Below, piece by piece: positions 35,781-49,800 of a DNA stretch of 64,000 nucleotides. The translations under genes were made by a program, and so were the position numbers. Source of the stretch: Marsupella aquatica (taxonomy: Eukaryota; Plantae; Marchantiophyta). Below the pieces are notes generated by a model. It was not told the DNA's origin. It saw nothing but the letters and a program-made list of their open reading frames with translations, and ran no database searches. Position 1 is the first letter of the stretch. The number at the start of each line of letters is the position of its first letter. Where the stretch lies: NCBI GenBank assembly GCA_973895155.1, contig OZ316897.1:7430470-7494469 (forward strand), written 5' to 3'.

Positions 35781-36110
35781 GTGTCAAAATATCAAGAATC
35801 AGAAACAAAGAGCCCAATGCAGATCATGTTGAGTCAAAACAAAGATGTTAAGGCAAGACAAAGTTATTCAGGCAAGACAAAAATGTCAAGGCAAGAAAAA
35901 AATATCCAGACAAATTTAAATGTTGAGTGTAAAAATATCAAGAATCATAAACAAAGAGCCCAATGCTTGTGCATTGCACAGATCATGTTGAGGCAAGACA
36001 AAGATGTCAAGGCAAGATAAAACATTGAGACAAATTTAAATGTTGAAGTGAAGCAAAGATGTTAAATAGAATAAAAGATATTAAAGCAAGGCAAAGATGT
36101 CAAGGAGAGA
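35781..36110. repeat. Degenerate tandem repeat (~146-bp unit with AGGCAAGACAAAGATGT subrepeats)
   Basis: GTGT.AAAATATCAAGAATCA.AAACAAAGAGCCCAATGC at 35781 and ~35927. Confidence 0.75.
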
Positions 36111-36455
36111 GCAAGGAAATGCAAGTGAAAGAAGAAAGCCCTGCATCGCAGAGTCCACATACAATCGCGTGAAAGGAGTGAATTTTTTTGTTTCATTTTA
36201 AAATTGAAATTATGTGACCTGCCTTCACTTGTCTTGCAAATTCCCCTAAACCATTCATGTAAGTTGTGTTGAGAGAGATTAGCATAGACAACAGTGAAAT
36301 TCCATAGCGGGTGTTGTTTTCAAGAATAACTTCAAACTTGAATAATGCAGATTTTCTTGATTTACGTTACTAGTATCTTTGGATGGTGTCCCAAATTGAT
36401 GCAGTTGCTATTATGAGACCCTTTGACCCCAAACTTTCGAGCATACTAGAGAGCA

Positions 36456-36570
36456 TTGGTTTTGAAGTACTCCTTGATTGAGCAACAGCTGGCAAAAAAA
36501 GTTTCCCTGGCTTGGCTTTGAAGTACTCCTTAGTTGAGCAACAGCTGGCAAGAAAGTCTCCCTGGCTTGG
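36456..36570. repeat. 56-bp tandem duplication
   Basis: TTGG.TTTGAAGTACTCCTT..TTGAGCAACAGCTGGCAA...CCCTGGC occurs twice. Confidence 0.85.
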
Positions 36571-38992
36571 TTATTGCTTGCATTGTCCAACTCCTTGAAC
36601 TTGTATTCCAGTATTATTTTGAGGTCATAATGCTGCTGCTGACTTAATTTCCATGTTCAGATCGAGGTCTTCGCTTACCACGATGCATTCTCAGAAGTAC
36701 TTTCTGTTGATTGGAATGTGAAACCATGCCCAGTGTGTTGCATACTTGTTTTTTTTCTTTAGATCGAATTTAGTTTTTTATGCCTTATGATGATGAATGA
36801 ATCAGGGAGAGCACATTCTACTCTCAAGTGGTGTGGTGTTAAATGAGAGTCTGCACGACTCCTTCCCAACACTAACCTTGCTAAGTGAAAACGCCGTTAT
36901 CTGCAATTTCGGGATGCACGGACTGAAAGCAAAATACTTTTCGAGTGAATTTCAGCATTCCTTGCCATTGAATATTTGCAAGAGTTCTCCACCTTAGTTT
37001 CCAATGAGACAAAGCTAAAAGCATGACTTCCCAAATTTTAATAAGCAAGACTTCCTGATTATTGGCTGTGTTCGAAGATTGTTAGCCGGACTGCAGGAGA
37101 GGCCAAGCTACAGTAGCTGTCAACTTTTTGCATGCTTGGGAAGGCTGAGGTGTGGTTGTTTCACTGTTCATGAGCGGAAACTATTTTTTTTGGTTCCTGG
37201 TACCGACGTAGCTGTCACCTTATGGAAAAAATTAAGCTAACACGACCCTAAATCAGCTTCGTTTGGGACCCATCTATACAATTTTTTTGCCGTAGATACG
37301 CGAAACGGAAAGTAGTTCTCCATGAAAGTCCTTGCTCGCTTGAGTTGTGTACTGTAGTGAGGGCAGCTTTTAAGCAAGACAAAGCTGGGAATCTGCAGGA
37401 GGTTCCTTGAAAGTCCCGAACTCCCGATCCATCCCACGAGCTTCTTGCTCCATTGCTGGACCGTTGTAGACAATTGACTGAAGGCACGCGGTTTGCTCTC
37501 TAGACGCGGATCTAGGATCCTTGTTAAAAACGAACGAAACGAGACATTTGTCGGTCTGCTGTAGTCACAGAACCAATGCTTGGATATCTGGATACAGCCC
37601 TGATAGTGAGTTTATAATTTATTTTAGTTCTGGACCAACTCAGGTGTCCACTCGAACTTTCACAACGAAAAGGGCGGATCGGAGTAGATCCCCTTCGACG
37701 GGCTATTCGGTTTGTCGAAACTTTTGCGGATTTTTATCCGGAGAGTGGTTCGCCATCATCTGATCAGTTGCTGACGTACAGCAATGAAAAGTCGATTTCT
37801 ATGATAAAAATTGAAACTACTTGAACGGAGAGCGTCAGTCCAGAAGGGTGTTCCATGCACGACCAAGTTTTCTTCTGGGTTTAATTCACTTCGCTAAAGA
37901 CAGCTCGACTGAGTTTTCGCCATTGGCTGAATCTATTCGGGCGAAGTTGAATTCTGAGTTCCCGCCTGATCGCTGCCTTTCCCTTGTAGTTGGTGTCCCG
38001 GTTGGTGTAGTCGGAATTAGCCTCACTTGTTTGGACTTCTATTGACTGTAGTAGTAATGTCCCACATTGACCCACGCGGTTCATTCTTACTCTTGGAAAA
38101 AGGGTTTAGAGTCCACCGGCTCTGACTCTGCCAGCCTTTTAGACCGACAGTAGTCGAGGTTACCTTTCTGAGTTCCCTGGGGCTCTTGTTAGTTTGGTGC
38201 TGTCCACATGGCATTATTATTTTGATGATCTTTGGTTACAAAATCGATGCGTTTTCTCGTGCCTGAACGCCAGTGCCAGTTGCGCTGCACTGTTTTTCAT
38301 GCGTGGTTTACTTTTTCGTTTAAAAGAAAGGAAAAAATTCAAGAGGCGGAATTACTCTGAGAAGGTGTTGAAGGTAACAAGCATCATTCCTTCCTCTTAC
38401 TTTTCCCGCGCAATGAGGCGGTGCCCCAAGCGTGCTACTACAGGGAACCATGACCATTACAGCTTAGAGCAAGGATGTGAGCTCAACAAATACTCCAGCT
38501 TAGTTGGTAGCTTCCCTTGCCTTCTCTTTGTACGAAGCTGCCGTATAGTGAAATCTAATCAGTGGGCATGTTGGAAGTGTGCTCATCCGAGGTCGATCAC
38601 TGCAAATCTTTTGGTCTCTCCCCATGCCATAAGAGAACAACCCTTCGGATCTATTGAGTTCTCAAATTGCAAGTCTCTCGGCAGTTCACTATCGGGTTCA
38701 CTACCACATTTCATGGTGCACCACCGACGACTTCTGCTCGCAACCTCTGGCAATAAGAATATCGATTCAATGCAAAACAAAACTGCTGGTCGTAACATAA
38801 GAAGTCATCCTGTCAGTTAAATTTAAAATCTTATGCTAGCTCCACGAGATTCCGATTCGGGGTCCAGACATGCTAAGCTGTACACAATCGTTTACTCGTT
38901 TGCCATGCTTTGAAGCGTTTGCATGTTTTATAATTTTGACACGGCGACACATTTTGCACATGATTGTGTGCCCTGCCTGCATTGACTAGAGT

Positions 38993-39332
38993 AAAAGTGA
39001 CTAGTATATTAGATAAGATATTGAGCACTGTCCACTGGCCAGTCTTTGGGAGTGTGCTGCTCTTGTAGTAGTTTCCAAATTTTTTGTTTGGCTACCTTCG
39101 GGTTTCTTGTTTGGCTGCCTTCTTGGAGGCTCAACTTCTTACTTGGCTCCGGCTTCACCGGTCCCCCCGGCACCTTGACCTTTGGTCCCCCCGGGTGGAT
39201 GCACTTTCTGGCCCCCCTTTATGTATGCTCTTTCGGCCCCCCTTTATGTATGCTGACTTTTTGAATGGAATTCATTGAGTTTTTTCAAGGCAAACAAAAA
39301 AAGTGACTAGTATAATAGATAATATTGAGCAC
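38993..39332 (+). mobile_element. Probable 5'-truncated non-LTR (LINE/SINE) insertion with long flanking direct repeats
   Basis: AAAAGTGACTAGTATA.TAGATAA(GA)TATTGAGCAC at 38993-39028 and 39299-39332; the ~270-bp insert ends in an A-rich tail. Confidence 0.55.
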
Positions 39333-41885
39333 AATTATCAATGGAATAGACGATTTTAACAATCACTGAATGTCTATCCACTTTTTTTTTAACTGAGGAC
39401 ATTTTTTTTTCCTTTCTTTCTGTAGTAATAATCATGAGTGCATCTACTGTAACAAGGAAAATAACTTTGAGAGCTTAAGCTTTTCGGGGCCGCAACTTTT
39501 TCAGGGCACCTGTTGTCAGTCAAGCAAAACACTGTCGCTTAGACTCATGTGTAGTACTAGTAAGGTGCGGTGCATGGACGGGCAAGCAAAGTTTTAAATT
39601 TTCTTAACAAGTGCCAGCTCAGTAGTTGTCAATGGATTCTTCCGTTGGCAACTCATCGGGGTTAGGCGTGTGTTTAAACTTTGTTATGGGTGTCGTGGGC
39701 TTTGGCTAGTGGCCTGTTTTTAGTGTCTCGTTGGTTTTAGGGTCAACAGTCAAGTTCAGTTGATCACTAGCCAAAGCAGTTAGTGAGCCTTGAGTCAACT
39801 AAAACAGTTGGTGGTAGGGCCCTGAGTCAAATTCCCTTGCTTGAATTTCCCATCCAGTCCCCCAGCTCTACCAGGCAGTTCAGTTAGCCTAATGGCAAGC
39901 TTTTAGGTGTTTTGTTCATGGTTGTTGTAGTCGTGGACTTTTGCCAGGGTCCCCTGGGGGTTTTGGGCTCTTTGGTTGCCTCCCTTTGATTGGGCACTAA
40001 GCATGAGTGAACGTGTCTCTTTCGTTCGTTGGCAAATTTAGATATATAATCTATGGTACATAACTATAATATATATGGTGCATAGTTGGTGGTTTTGTTT
40101 GGGACCATGGGCTGGGTGCCTTGGGTGGGTGTGGTTGCTGCCCCAGTGCTGGCATCTGTCGTCGTCCTGGCCGGGTGTGAAGTGTGTTATTTTGTGTTAT
40201 TTCGTCTGGTTCAGCTACGACCGTCGCATTCTGTGTTTGGCCCACAGGGCGTTTGGTTATTTTTAGAAAATCTAGGGCTTTCTGGCTGGACGGTCATGGC
40301 ACTTGGGGTTGAATTTCCTCCGAATTTCAATCAAGAACAAAGGTGTTTTCAAAATTGAAAATATATAAAACAGTACAACAGAGACCAAGAAGTTTCAGGG
40401 TCAGGCTTTATTTCGGTAGAGAGCATATCAAGCTGACATTCAGTAAGACGCAAGTATTGAATAACGCCTCAATTCCTTGGGGAAAGTCTTGGGGATTCCA
40501 CAGGGGATTCCACTCAAGAAGAGATTGATGTTGTGTTAATTTTTTAAAGGTTTCACAAAAGTAGATTCAGGTAGAACCCGTGTGGAAACTTGAATGGATC
40601 GGGGAATGGATTTGATGTTGCTATATATTGGATGTCTCGATATTAGACATCTCGGGAGCTCTCGACTAGGCTTGTCTACTAAGTTAATTTCAGCTCAGTT
40701 GTAGGAGAAAGGTTTAAGACTCATTTCTCCTTTGCTTCGGTGAAGGAACTGTGTTGATTAGGTCGACTGTCTCCTGTCTTGCAGTTTGGTATGTCGTGTC
40801 TTTTTACGCATGGGTATGTTGTGGTGATGTTAGATAAAGTCTTAACATTTAGTCCCTGCCAAAAAAGGAGCAAGCTCAAAAAGGAGGGAGAGCCAAAGCT
40901 ACGGGTGACTCTGGTTAGATAGTCTCTACAATTTTAAGTGTTTTGTGCCTGCTATCAGTTTAGTAATGGGTGATTGTCATGGTAGTCAGCTGTGGAAGCT
41001 GAGTGTTAAAATTCGTGTCCAAATTTGATGAGAATGCATCGCTTTTACGTACAAGGTCATGTAATTCCCTGCCACGCTTTTTGTAATTGAAGCCCAACTA
41101 ATGTTTTCTAGAGTACGATTCGGTCATCGCATCTGAGATATCCTGTCTTACACATCTTTACATAAGCTGAACTGTGCATGTGGCCGCCCGGATCAATCAA
41201 TTTGAGTTCTTGAAACATGCATGACAGATGATCCCTTAAATGCCATATATATCACTCTATACTGAGTCTGCTAAGAATCCTTTGCTAGATAGCATATATA
41301 GTTATTCTAATACTATTCTGTTGCCCCTGCGATGCTCAAGTTAATTATTGAAAATCATCAAAGAACACCCTGGACAAAAAGTAAGTACTTGAAAACGCTA
41401 TTTTCAATTTGTGGCCAAATCTTCATACTCCAAAGTTCCTGTGCGGGGTACTTATAATCGGGCTTATAATTTACCGTGGAATTGTTTTGGCATATCCATG
41501 GGATCCAAATCAAATGAATCGTTGTAACTATTGCATCTTTTTTGGGAAAAATGCCAAAGTGCATGTCTAATGTTTGGATATGCACGTGAGATGAGAAGTA
41601 TGCAATCCCCACTGGTGACATAGGTAGGTATGCCATCTCGCCGGCAGCAGCTGGTGGACTGGGAGCTGGCTCCGGCGATCTTGGTTTTCGAGAGCTTTGG
41701 CGATCTGAGATTTCATTCTTATTACGTCAACTGGATGCGTTGACAAAGTCCTCTGGGAGAGACTTTGAGAAGTGATACATCATCAGAATAACCATGACCG
41801 GAAGTGACCTACGTATAAGATTGCAGGATTAATTGTCCGAATGTGGAGATGGAACACGTCTTCGATTGCTTCGAAATTGAGGTCT

Positions 41886-41945
41886 AGGTAATTTAGAGGG
41901 TAATTTAGAGGGTAATTTAGAGCGATTTAGAGCGATTAAGAGCCT
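41886..41945. repeat. 12-bp minisatellite (AGGGTAATTTAG) x3 plus degenerate copies
   Basis: Read directly. Confidence 0.8.
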
Positions 41946-44900
41946 CTAAAGAGTCTCCATGTATGATATTTTTCCCACGCCTGTCCTTATACACTTTTAT
42001 ATGACGCCATTATCATAATTTTTACTCCTAATAACAGTTTGACATATTGGTGAAGTGGGGTTTATGTGAGTAGTAGTGAGGGTTCAGTCCATGTGAGTGC
42101 AGGATTCAGTTTCGTTGCCCGTTTCGTTGCTGCTTGAAAGATATTTCCTCCAGCTATTTGTAGATGAGTCTTTGCATCCCAGCAGACATTGTCTTGCTCC
42201 AGTGTCAAACCCGAAGTTCTGAGTTCAGCGTCATGTGAAGCATTTCTTTCAGTTTATGTCCCTGGTTGATTGATTTGTGGAACGTATTAAACGCTCGTTG
42301 AACATCCATATTTACGTCTATAGCAGTGGAAGAGCTATTTCGACATGGATTGTGGATATAAGGTGAGATGTGGTCTGATTGTAGTCATGGTTTGATAAAC
42401 ATAACAGGGATCGTCCTTACTACCCAGCTTGAAGCCATGGCTCGTCTGTAAGGAGAGGCACAGATCAAATTCTGCTCTCACAAAAAGCAACCTTTAGCCA
42501 ATACAAACTCGTTTGCCCTGTTCGTCGCTCCATGACATGCATTGTGAGTAGGTACTTGATTGCATGCTCATCATCGGTTATGAGACACAGGCTAGGGGAC
42601 TTGTTGAACACTATGTGTCATGGAAACTAATTTACAGCGATAGAATTTTGCCTTATAGAACTGACTACCTCAAGAAATCTGAAGTGGTGCTGAAGAGTAT
42701 GTAGTTCATCTTCTCACAGTACACCTTGTAAGAATCTTATCCACAATGCCGTATTTGTCCTAAAGCTTTCAAGTTCTGTAAGTTTGAGATGTGGTGTAGT
42801 TCAAATAAAACAGCCACTGTGTTTTAAGTTTAGGCCAGAGCTAAACGGTTGAGACCAGCTTGCTTCTTGTCATCGCAATAACCGCTTTAATGATTCTGCC
42901 CTTCAGCTACAGTCAGTTTCGGGAGTCAGTTCGCTATCTAATACGGAGTACCCTCTGTATTGACTCTCTGATATAACCCTCTAAAGATAGTCCCTGACAA
43001 CAAGGGTTAGAACAGTTTGTCTCGGTGGGCAAGCCAGCACTGTACACATATGTTTATTTGACTCTTTGGTGGAATCGTGTAAATAATATTCCTTAGCGTA
43101 GTTGAGGCCGTCAGTTGAGACACGATGCAAGTTGTACCAAATAGCTCGGACGGGAAAGTTTGAAGACTTGTTCAATAAAACTATATATGTTGAAGGGACG
43201 CATTCGAATTGACTTTCTAGGTCCCCACTCTGATCTGACAATCACTCTCATTTATGCCAATGTAGAGTGGGAAATGCCACTCTGCTATTGTGATTGTTTA
43301 TAAATACGCATACGCTGTCTTTCTGCTTGTCTCTTTTGGACTTGTTTTTATTCTGCAGAAAGTGTTCCTCATATTCTTATGTGGGTGATACAATTCAACT
43401 GTCGTAAACTTTCTCTATCAGGTATGCGACCATTTAGACGACCCTGAGGCGAAGTCGCGCTGAATATTTTAGAACGCGAGTAGAGCTACCACATAGCTAG
43501 GTTGCCTGGATAAAACATGCAGATTTCCTGAGTTCTTGCCAAACGAGACAGCCACTTCAGCATGGGGATACATATTCGTCCATGACAAAATTCCATTGCA
43601 AGCCCATCTCTTTGCCGAGTGGCAGCTGGCTTTGCTGGGTATTTCGTCATGTCAAAAGAATATTTGCCTTGGTTTCATTCGTTCTCTCTATTCTGTCACA
43701 GTTGTACGTTCACTAGGTAAGTTCCTCATAGAGTCATACGTGACATAATAGGTCAAGGATTGTTCTCTGGATTTTTCTCAATGTCATGTTTTAGGCTACT
43801 CCTGTGCCTTTATTTTCAACTCTACTTGGCAGCCCTTTTATTACTTGGACGAGTCTGGATAGTATGAAGATCCTGTATATACGAATGTTGTTATCTGGCT
43901 TGGTGGCGGTGACTGTGTTTGCTTCAGCTTTGGCAGTCACAGCCTCTCTGACTTACCTGCCTAAAATAATATTGTTTACATTTTGCTTGGTAAGGTGTGA
44001 TGTCTTGGTGTGCTTTTCTCTGTTCTCCTTTTGATTCTACGCCTAACTTATATGTTGCTGACATGATTTCCTCTGTTCAGTGTTTTCCTTGTTTGAAGCA
44101 ATTTGTGCGTATTAGGGATGAATTTGTCTTCCCTCTAGGATTTGTTCAGGTTTTACGATCATGTCTCTTGAATGCTTCCCCATCAAAGCTTTGGCTCGTC
44201 TTGCACTTTCGATTTTGCTTTCAATGTTTTCTTGCAGTCGTGTTTCCCCTAACTTAGCTGCTGTTTTGATTTGAGGTGACAAAGATTTGTGCTTCTTTGT
44301 TGAACGTCTCTGCTAATTGTCTTTCCCAGTTGAGCATACCCTCTGTTTACATCTTTGTGTTCCATTAAGTTCCTGGTTACATCTCTCGCCACCAGGTGGA
44401 TATTTAGTCGAAGACAGGGGGTTTCATGCTCCGCGGTTGTGCACCTTACCACTTGTTCTTCTGCTGGTTCGGGAGGGGTAATCCGAAAATTGATTTGAGC
44501 TACAGTACCTATCGTCGACATCTGCTACAGTATATGGAACGTATTTATGCAATCATGTTCCGAGTGCCTCAAAGTTGCACGAAGACCTACCAGCTTAACC
44601 ATTGCAAAGATTGTATGATTTGTATATTAGACAACATGCATCCATGATCAGGACGTCGCATCGGAGAGCTGTAGTAACTGCAGAAAATAAAGTCCACCCT
44701 GCATGGGGCGTTAGAAAGATTGACCGTCGACGCCTTGCATTTTGCTTAGACTTCTACAAAGCAGGCATCGATCACCTGAATCTAATAAGAAAGTGTCGCT
44801 ATGTGGAGCACATTAGAATGTCAAATCCTCTAAATTCCCATGAGTATCCGAGACTGACAAATCTACAAGGACCTTTGTGCGCGGACAGATGTGCACGGAG

Positions 44901-45846
44901 AGCACCCTTCAAGATCATGACGTCGGACCGCATTGAAGATCAGCTGAAAACCATCGACTGAAGGCATGGAAAAGATGTCAGGAGAACAGTTGTGGGCCAC
45001 CATCTGCCTTCTGCTGGATTCATCGCACGTCTCTACCTCTATTTTGCACAGTCTGGATAGTAAAGAAATGAGGACAACTAGGACAGAACAGGAGCTGGTA
45101 CCACAGGTATCCTTCTCCTTCAAGGAGCGATCCTTGAAAACAGAGCATAGACTTGGGGAGTCAGTTCTTAGGGGTATTCTTCGAATCACCATCTCGAAAG
45201 AAAGCGGTGACATGACCTGTTTCAAGGAGAATGATGCATCATGAACGAGATCATGAATATACTCCTGGGCTAGCCGCTAGCTCCACAGTTTTGTAGTAGT
45301 TGCTAATACAGGGAGTACGTGATGTGAACTGGGTGCAATGTAGAGCCTTGTTTGAATTGCCTCGAAGGGGTGATCTCCATTTTCGACCCCGGCCGTCCCG
45401 CCCACCAAGTCGTTCTACAGAAATCTCTCACTTACGCTCACATATGGATCATCCTGTCCGGGATCCTGTCCACAAAATTGTGGATGTCAACATAATTTGA
45501 AGTGCGGCGATGGATTGGATGCATGGTAGCTTTTGAACAGAAAGCCTCACTGTCGATACACTTTTCTAACGGTTTCCATATGATTACGTTTCAATCTGAT
45601 CTGTTGTCAATCCTTTTGCCTTAGTTTATAGAACAATCTGGGTAATTTCCACGGCCAGGTGTGATAGGTCTCGTCCACTATCCTAGCTCGGTCACACTAC
45701 ATTCGTCAAGCTAGCACTTGTCATTAATTTATCTCCGCTGATTAGTGGTACATGATGTAAGTGCAGCACTACCTTTATAAAGAAAACCCTACCTTTATAA
45801 AGAAAATAACGAGGTTTATCATGGTATGTAGGCATGTCATACACCA

Positions 45847-46005
45847 TGTAATATTTTGCAATGAAGGATATGTAATATTTTGATGTGCAATTACCCAAGC
45901 TCTGGGATTCTGTGACAACTTCCAACCCCATATAATCTTTTGCAATTAAGGATATGTAATATTGTGATGTGCAAATTAAGCAAGCCGCAGGATTCTGTAA
46001 CAACT
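45847..46005. repeat. ~85-bp tandem duplication
   Basis: TTTTGCAAT.AAGGATATGTAATATT.TGATGTGCAA...GGATTCTGT.ACAACTT occurs twice. Confidence 0.75.
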
Positions 46006-46572
46006 TTTAAATTCCCAGGTTGAATTCCCCTGCTATAATCACAGATCAAACAAAATGTGATAATATAGAGTGTACAGATTTAGAGAAAATAATAATATTT
46101 ATCATAGTGTGAAGGAATGTCGCCATATATGCATATTTTGATGTGCAATTAACGATACCCGGTTGCATTCTGGGACGATCCGTTTGTGATAAGGCGATCC
46201 TCATCATCATACGTGGACTCGGATTGTGGAGTATGTACGTACGTCGTCTCTACTTTATTTCTCTGATGCATAGTAAACGTATTATTTTGCAGCTGTACTA
46301 ATGTTCGTACGTAAGCCTTCAATTCGCACACGTAGGCGGCCTCCCAGATCCCAGGACGGAAAGATCCGCTGGCAGAAAAAATCCTGGAAAAGAGGAGATG
46401 AGTTGGGGTAGGTCTCCACCGCCAACAGACTACAGCGAAACATTCGGGAATCTTCTGAATCGGCTCGCATATTGGTGGCAGTACTGGAATTCTAGGAAGG
46501 CGCTGCACGGGAGAGAGCATTAATCCTCTCAGGGATGCTTTCTTGGAACTTAGACGCAGAACAGTCACGAGT

Positions 46573-46812
46573 AAAAGCAAACAATATAAACTCAAAGCAA
46601 ACAATATAAACTCCCCTGCTGGTAATCACACATCAAAATGTGGCTGCATTCATTGATTGAATAAAAGCAAACAATACAAACTCCCCTCTGGTAATCACAC
46701 ATCAAAATGTGATTGCATTCATCAATCACACATCAAAATGTGATTGCATTCATTGATTGAAAGGAAAAAACTAGGATTTGCATTCATTGATTGAAAGAAA
46801 AAAACTAGGATT
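46573..46812. repeat. Nested short tandem duplications
   Basis: AAAGCAAACAATA(T/C)AAACTC x3; AATCACACATCAAAATGTG x3; TGCATTCATTGATTGAA x3; AAAAAACTAGGATT x2. Confidence 0.85.
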
Positions 46813-49800
46813 ATCACGGGGTGTCCTAGAAACTCTAGAGTTTTGAAATGTCCATAATTGTATATGCGTTGGCGCAAATCGTTGTTTGTCAGACACAACT
46901 CGCAACTAGGAGCTTTCTCATAAGAGATTACTTCTATTTGTCAACCTATTCCAGAAATCGAATAAATATAGAGAGCGCCTGAAATATCTCCCAATCTTGT
47001 CGTGGATATCTCACTGCTGCCCTGTCCTTTCCGTAGTCGGTTAGAAGGTCTGTTTGTGAAAAGATTTTTCAATTGAAAGCTGCCCTAATTGTCTTACATG
47101 TCCTATAGAACAGTTTCTAAGCTCGACGATAAGCCTTAGAATCATGTATGCCATGGCCACTGTGGGGATTGGTGTCCAACGTAAAGTAAGACCTGCTAGT
47201 GCAATCGGCTCGTTGATGGGAAGATTAGTCATGATACTGACGCGCTGTAATAGATGGAAACCAAGAGAAGACGTGTCCGGGATTCCATTCCCATTACCTC
47301 CACTGATAAAAGGAATCAGAGAGTGCTTTTCACAGCCTTGTTGCTTGCCTATTCCTAATAGAGCAAACGCACAGAAACCTTCTTGTGATAAACCTCCCGA
47401 AACAGAAGACCCATGGAACGTCAGATTGGAAGGAAAAACAGCAAAAATGGACTCACAGTCTCAGGAACCAGTAGTCTCGACAGGTACCAACTGTTTGGAG
47501 TTCTTGACAAAGAGATGCAGGCGAGAGTGCAGGTTCAAAGGGCGAACAGAGACAGTTAACACGGATGCTTCCTGCTGTCCTGGAGGCCGCGGAGAGGAAA
47601 TAGAAGATAGTGACCCTCCGAAATGGGTGAATCCCAAACATGCGGTAGCGATTCCCTTCCCGATCATTGCAGCCATTCAAGGAGCAGCGGCAGTTTGTGA
47701 ACCAGCCCTGTTGTCTACCGAGTTCGTAATTTGAAAGACCTAGAAGTCCAGACAAAGATGACGATTCAAGAACATGGAAGATCCAAAATAAGGGTTCAGA
47801 GAAACACTGTTGAATTGGATGCCTGACTGAGACCCACATCCATAGAAGCTTACAGAGACTACGACGAAAATTTAGCTCGCCTGCTAATGGACAGGTGGAA
47901 GGTCCCTAGAATGTCATTCCTTTGAACTATAAATCCAGCGAAGTGGCTATGCCCGACGGCGTGTTGACCTACGGAGAACATATAGGTCGATCTCTTGTTT
48001 TATAAGGCTGAATGGGTCCTTTAAATGTACAGTACACTGTGCCAAAGTAACGGGCTGTTCGAGACTGCCGGATCATTGCAAGTCGAGTAAGGAAGTCCCA
48101 CCTTGAAGCTAATTATGGAAATTACTAGGCTCTCGAAGGCAATCCAAATTATGAATGCCATTAGTTACGATAGTGGAAAATTTTGTTTTCGTTCAGGTGT
48201 CTTCAATCAGCTTGTCCTTGTACGAAATTCGGCTAAATGATGATTTCGATTCCGAACAACTTTGTTTGTTGCTCCATCTTACCTCCATCGTGACTCTGCT
48301 TGAACTTAGCCAATGTCAGTCACCAGTCAACCATATTCATGTCCAACGTTTGTGCAGGATGGAGGTCACTGATAATGATTATCCAATTCGATACATTTGT
48401 CAACGGTACGAAGTTCAGTCGATGGTATGATGTGCATATCTAATCATTCTTGCTTCTCCAAATGTGCACACGGTGTCAGGGTTGCTAAACGCTAATATCT
48501 ATCCTGAACTACAACGCCTTCATCTCCCTCTCTCAATATCAGCTGCGTCTGTCATTGCAGTGGCTTTCACTAGGTCCCGTAGAAAACATCGTGCGGGATT
48601 GCAGAGGCAAGGGTTCTCAATTTCTTTCAGCATATTTATCGTTCAAGACTGCAAGAGCTCTCAATCGTGGAGACTGCTTCGATGTCGCAAGCTTTTCCAC
48701 GAGACATTGCCCTACCAGATCAATGGGACGAGAAGAAGACTGAAGCGTTACGTCTAATACTGAAATTTTGCTTGCTTCATCGTCTGGGTCCAAGAACGCC
48801 ATATAGCTTGATCAACTACTATACAATTTCATTGGGGAACGAATAGATTAGAAGCAGAAGCTAAGGCACGACGTACCCAGGCTAAATAATGATATCCTGG
48901 CTACCGATTTGCAAGCTAGGTATATAGAGTTTTGACATTGATTCTCTTAATTTAATTGTCTCTATTTTGTTAATGTTTCTATTTGGTGTTTGGACATACT
49001 TTCGTGGCTCCTAGAGAGAGGAGCCGATAGATTATCATTCTTGATTTAAACAAGACATTCTAGTGCTGTTCAAATGAATGTGCGTGAGGGAGTCAATGCG
49101 CTTTTCTGTAAGTCGGTGCCTACAATAGATGGACCACCATGTTTGACCAAGCGATTGACACCCAAAATGTGAGCATTTATACACAAAACGCCTCATCTGA
49201 ATTAGCAGGTTCTTACCGTCTCCCACTACGGAGTATTGGTTTGATGTCTATGTTTACCGTGAATATGGAGAAATCACTCAATCATTGAAGCTAGAAGCCT
49301 CCCGTGGAAGAATTGATATATTCTACAGTTGCAATAATATAGGGGATCTTGTTGCCTATCTGGTTGGGAAGAGATCGAGATGGCTTGAGGGATGTTCCCT
49401 CATATTCCTTGGCCCAGTACATTGCCTGTTCGAGCTGGCACCCTTTACTTTTTGTCAGCCGCTCCAGCCCAGTTGATTTTGTGCCATTGACTTCTTCCTT
49501 GTGGAATCGTGGTTTATGTTCTGGCAACATTTCTTCTAACTGAGTCATGTTTGCTTTGTAACAAGTAAAGTCTAGCTAAGTGTTCAAGGGGAACCTAGTA
49601 CTTTGGTATTTAAGAGTTATGATTGATAGTCTTGGTTGATATCTACCAAATGTTTCTTTTCTATGGGAGTCATGGTTTATGTTTTGGGCTTGTCTCCAAT
49701 GGAGTCACGCATGTTTTGAATTGTAATAGAGCCTAATGTTCAGGCAAAGTCTAGTACTTTGGATAAGAGTATGGCTAATGATAGAGTCTTCAGTTGGTTT

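Noticed and set aside
38194-38820. 208-aa ORF (also 32398-32919)
   Set aside because: No domain or gene-structure support; the 38194 ORF starts at a non-ATG codon.
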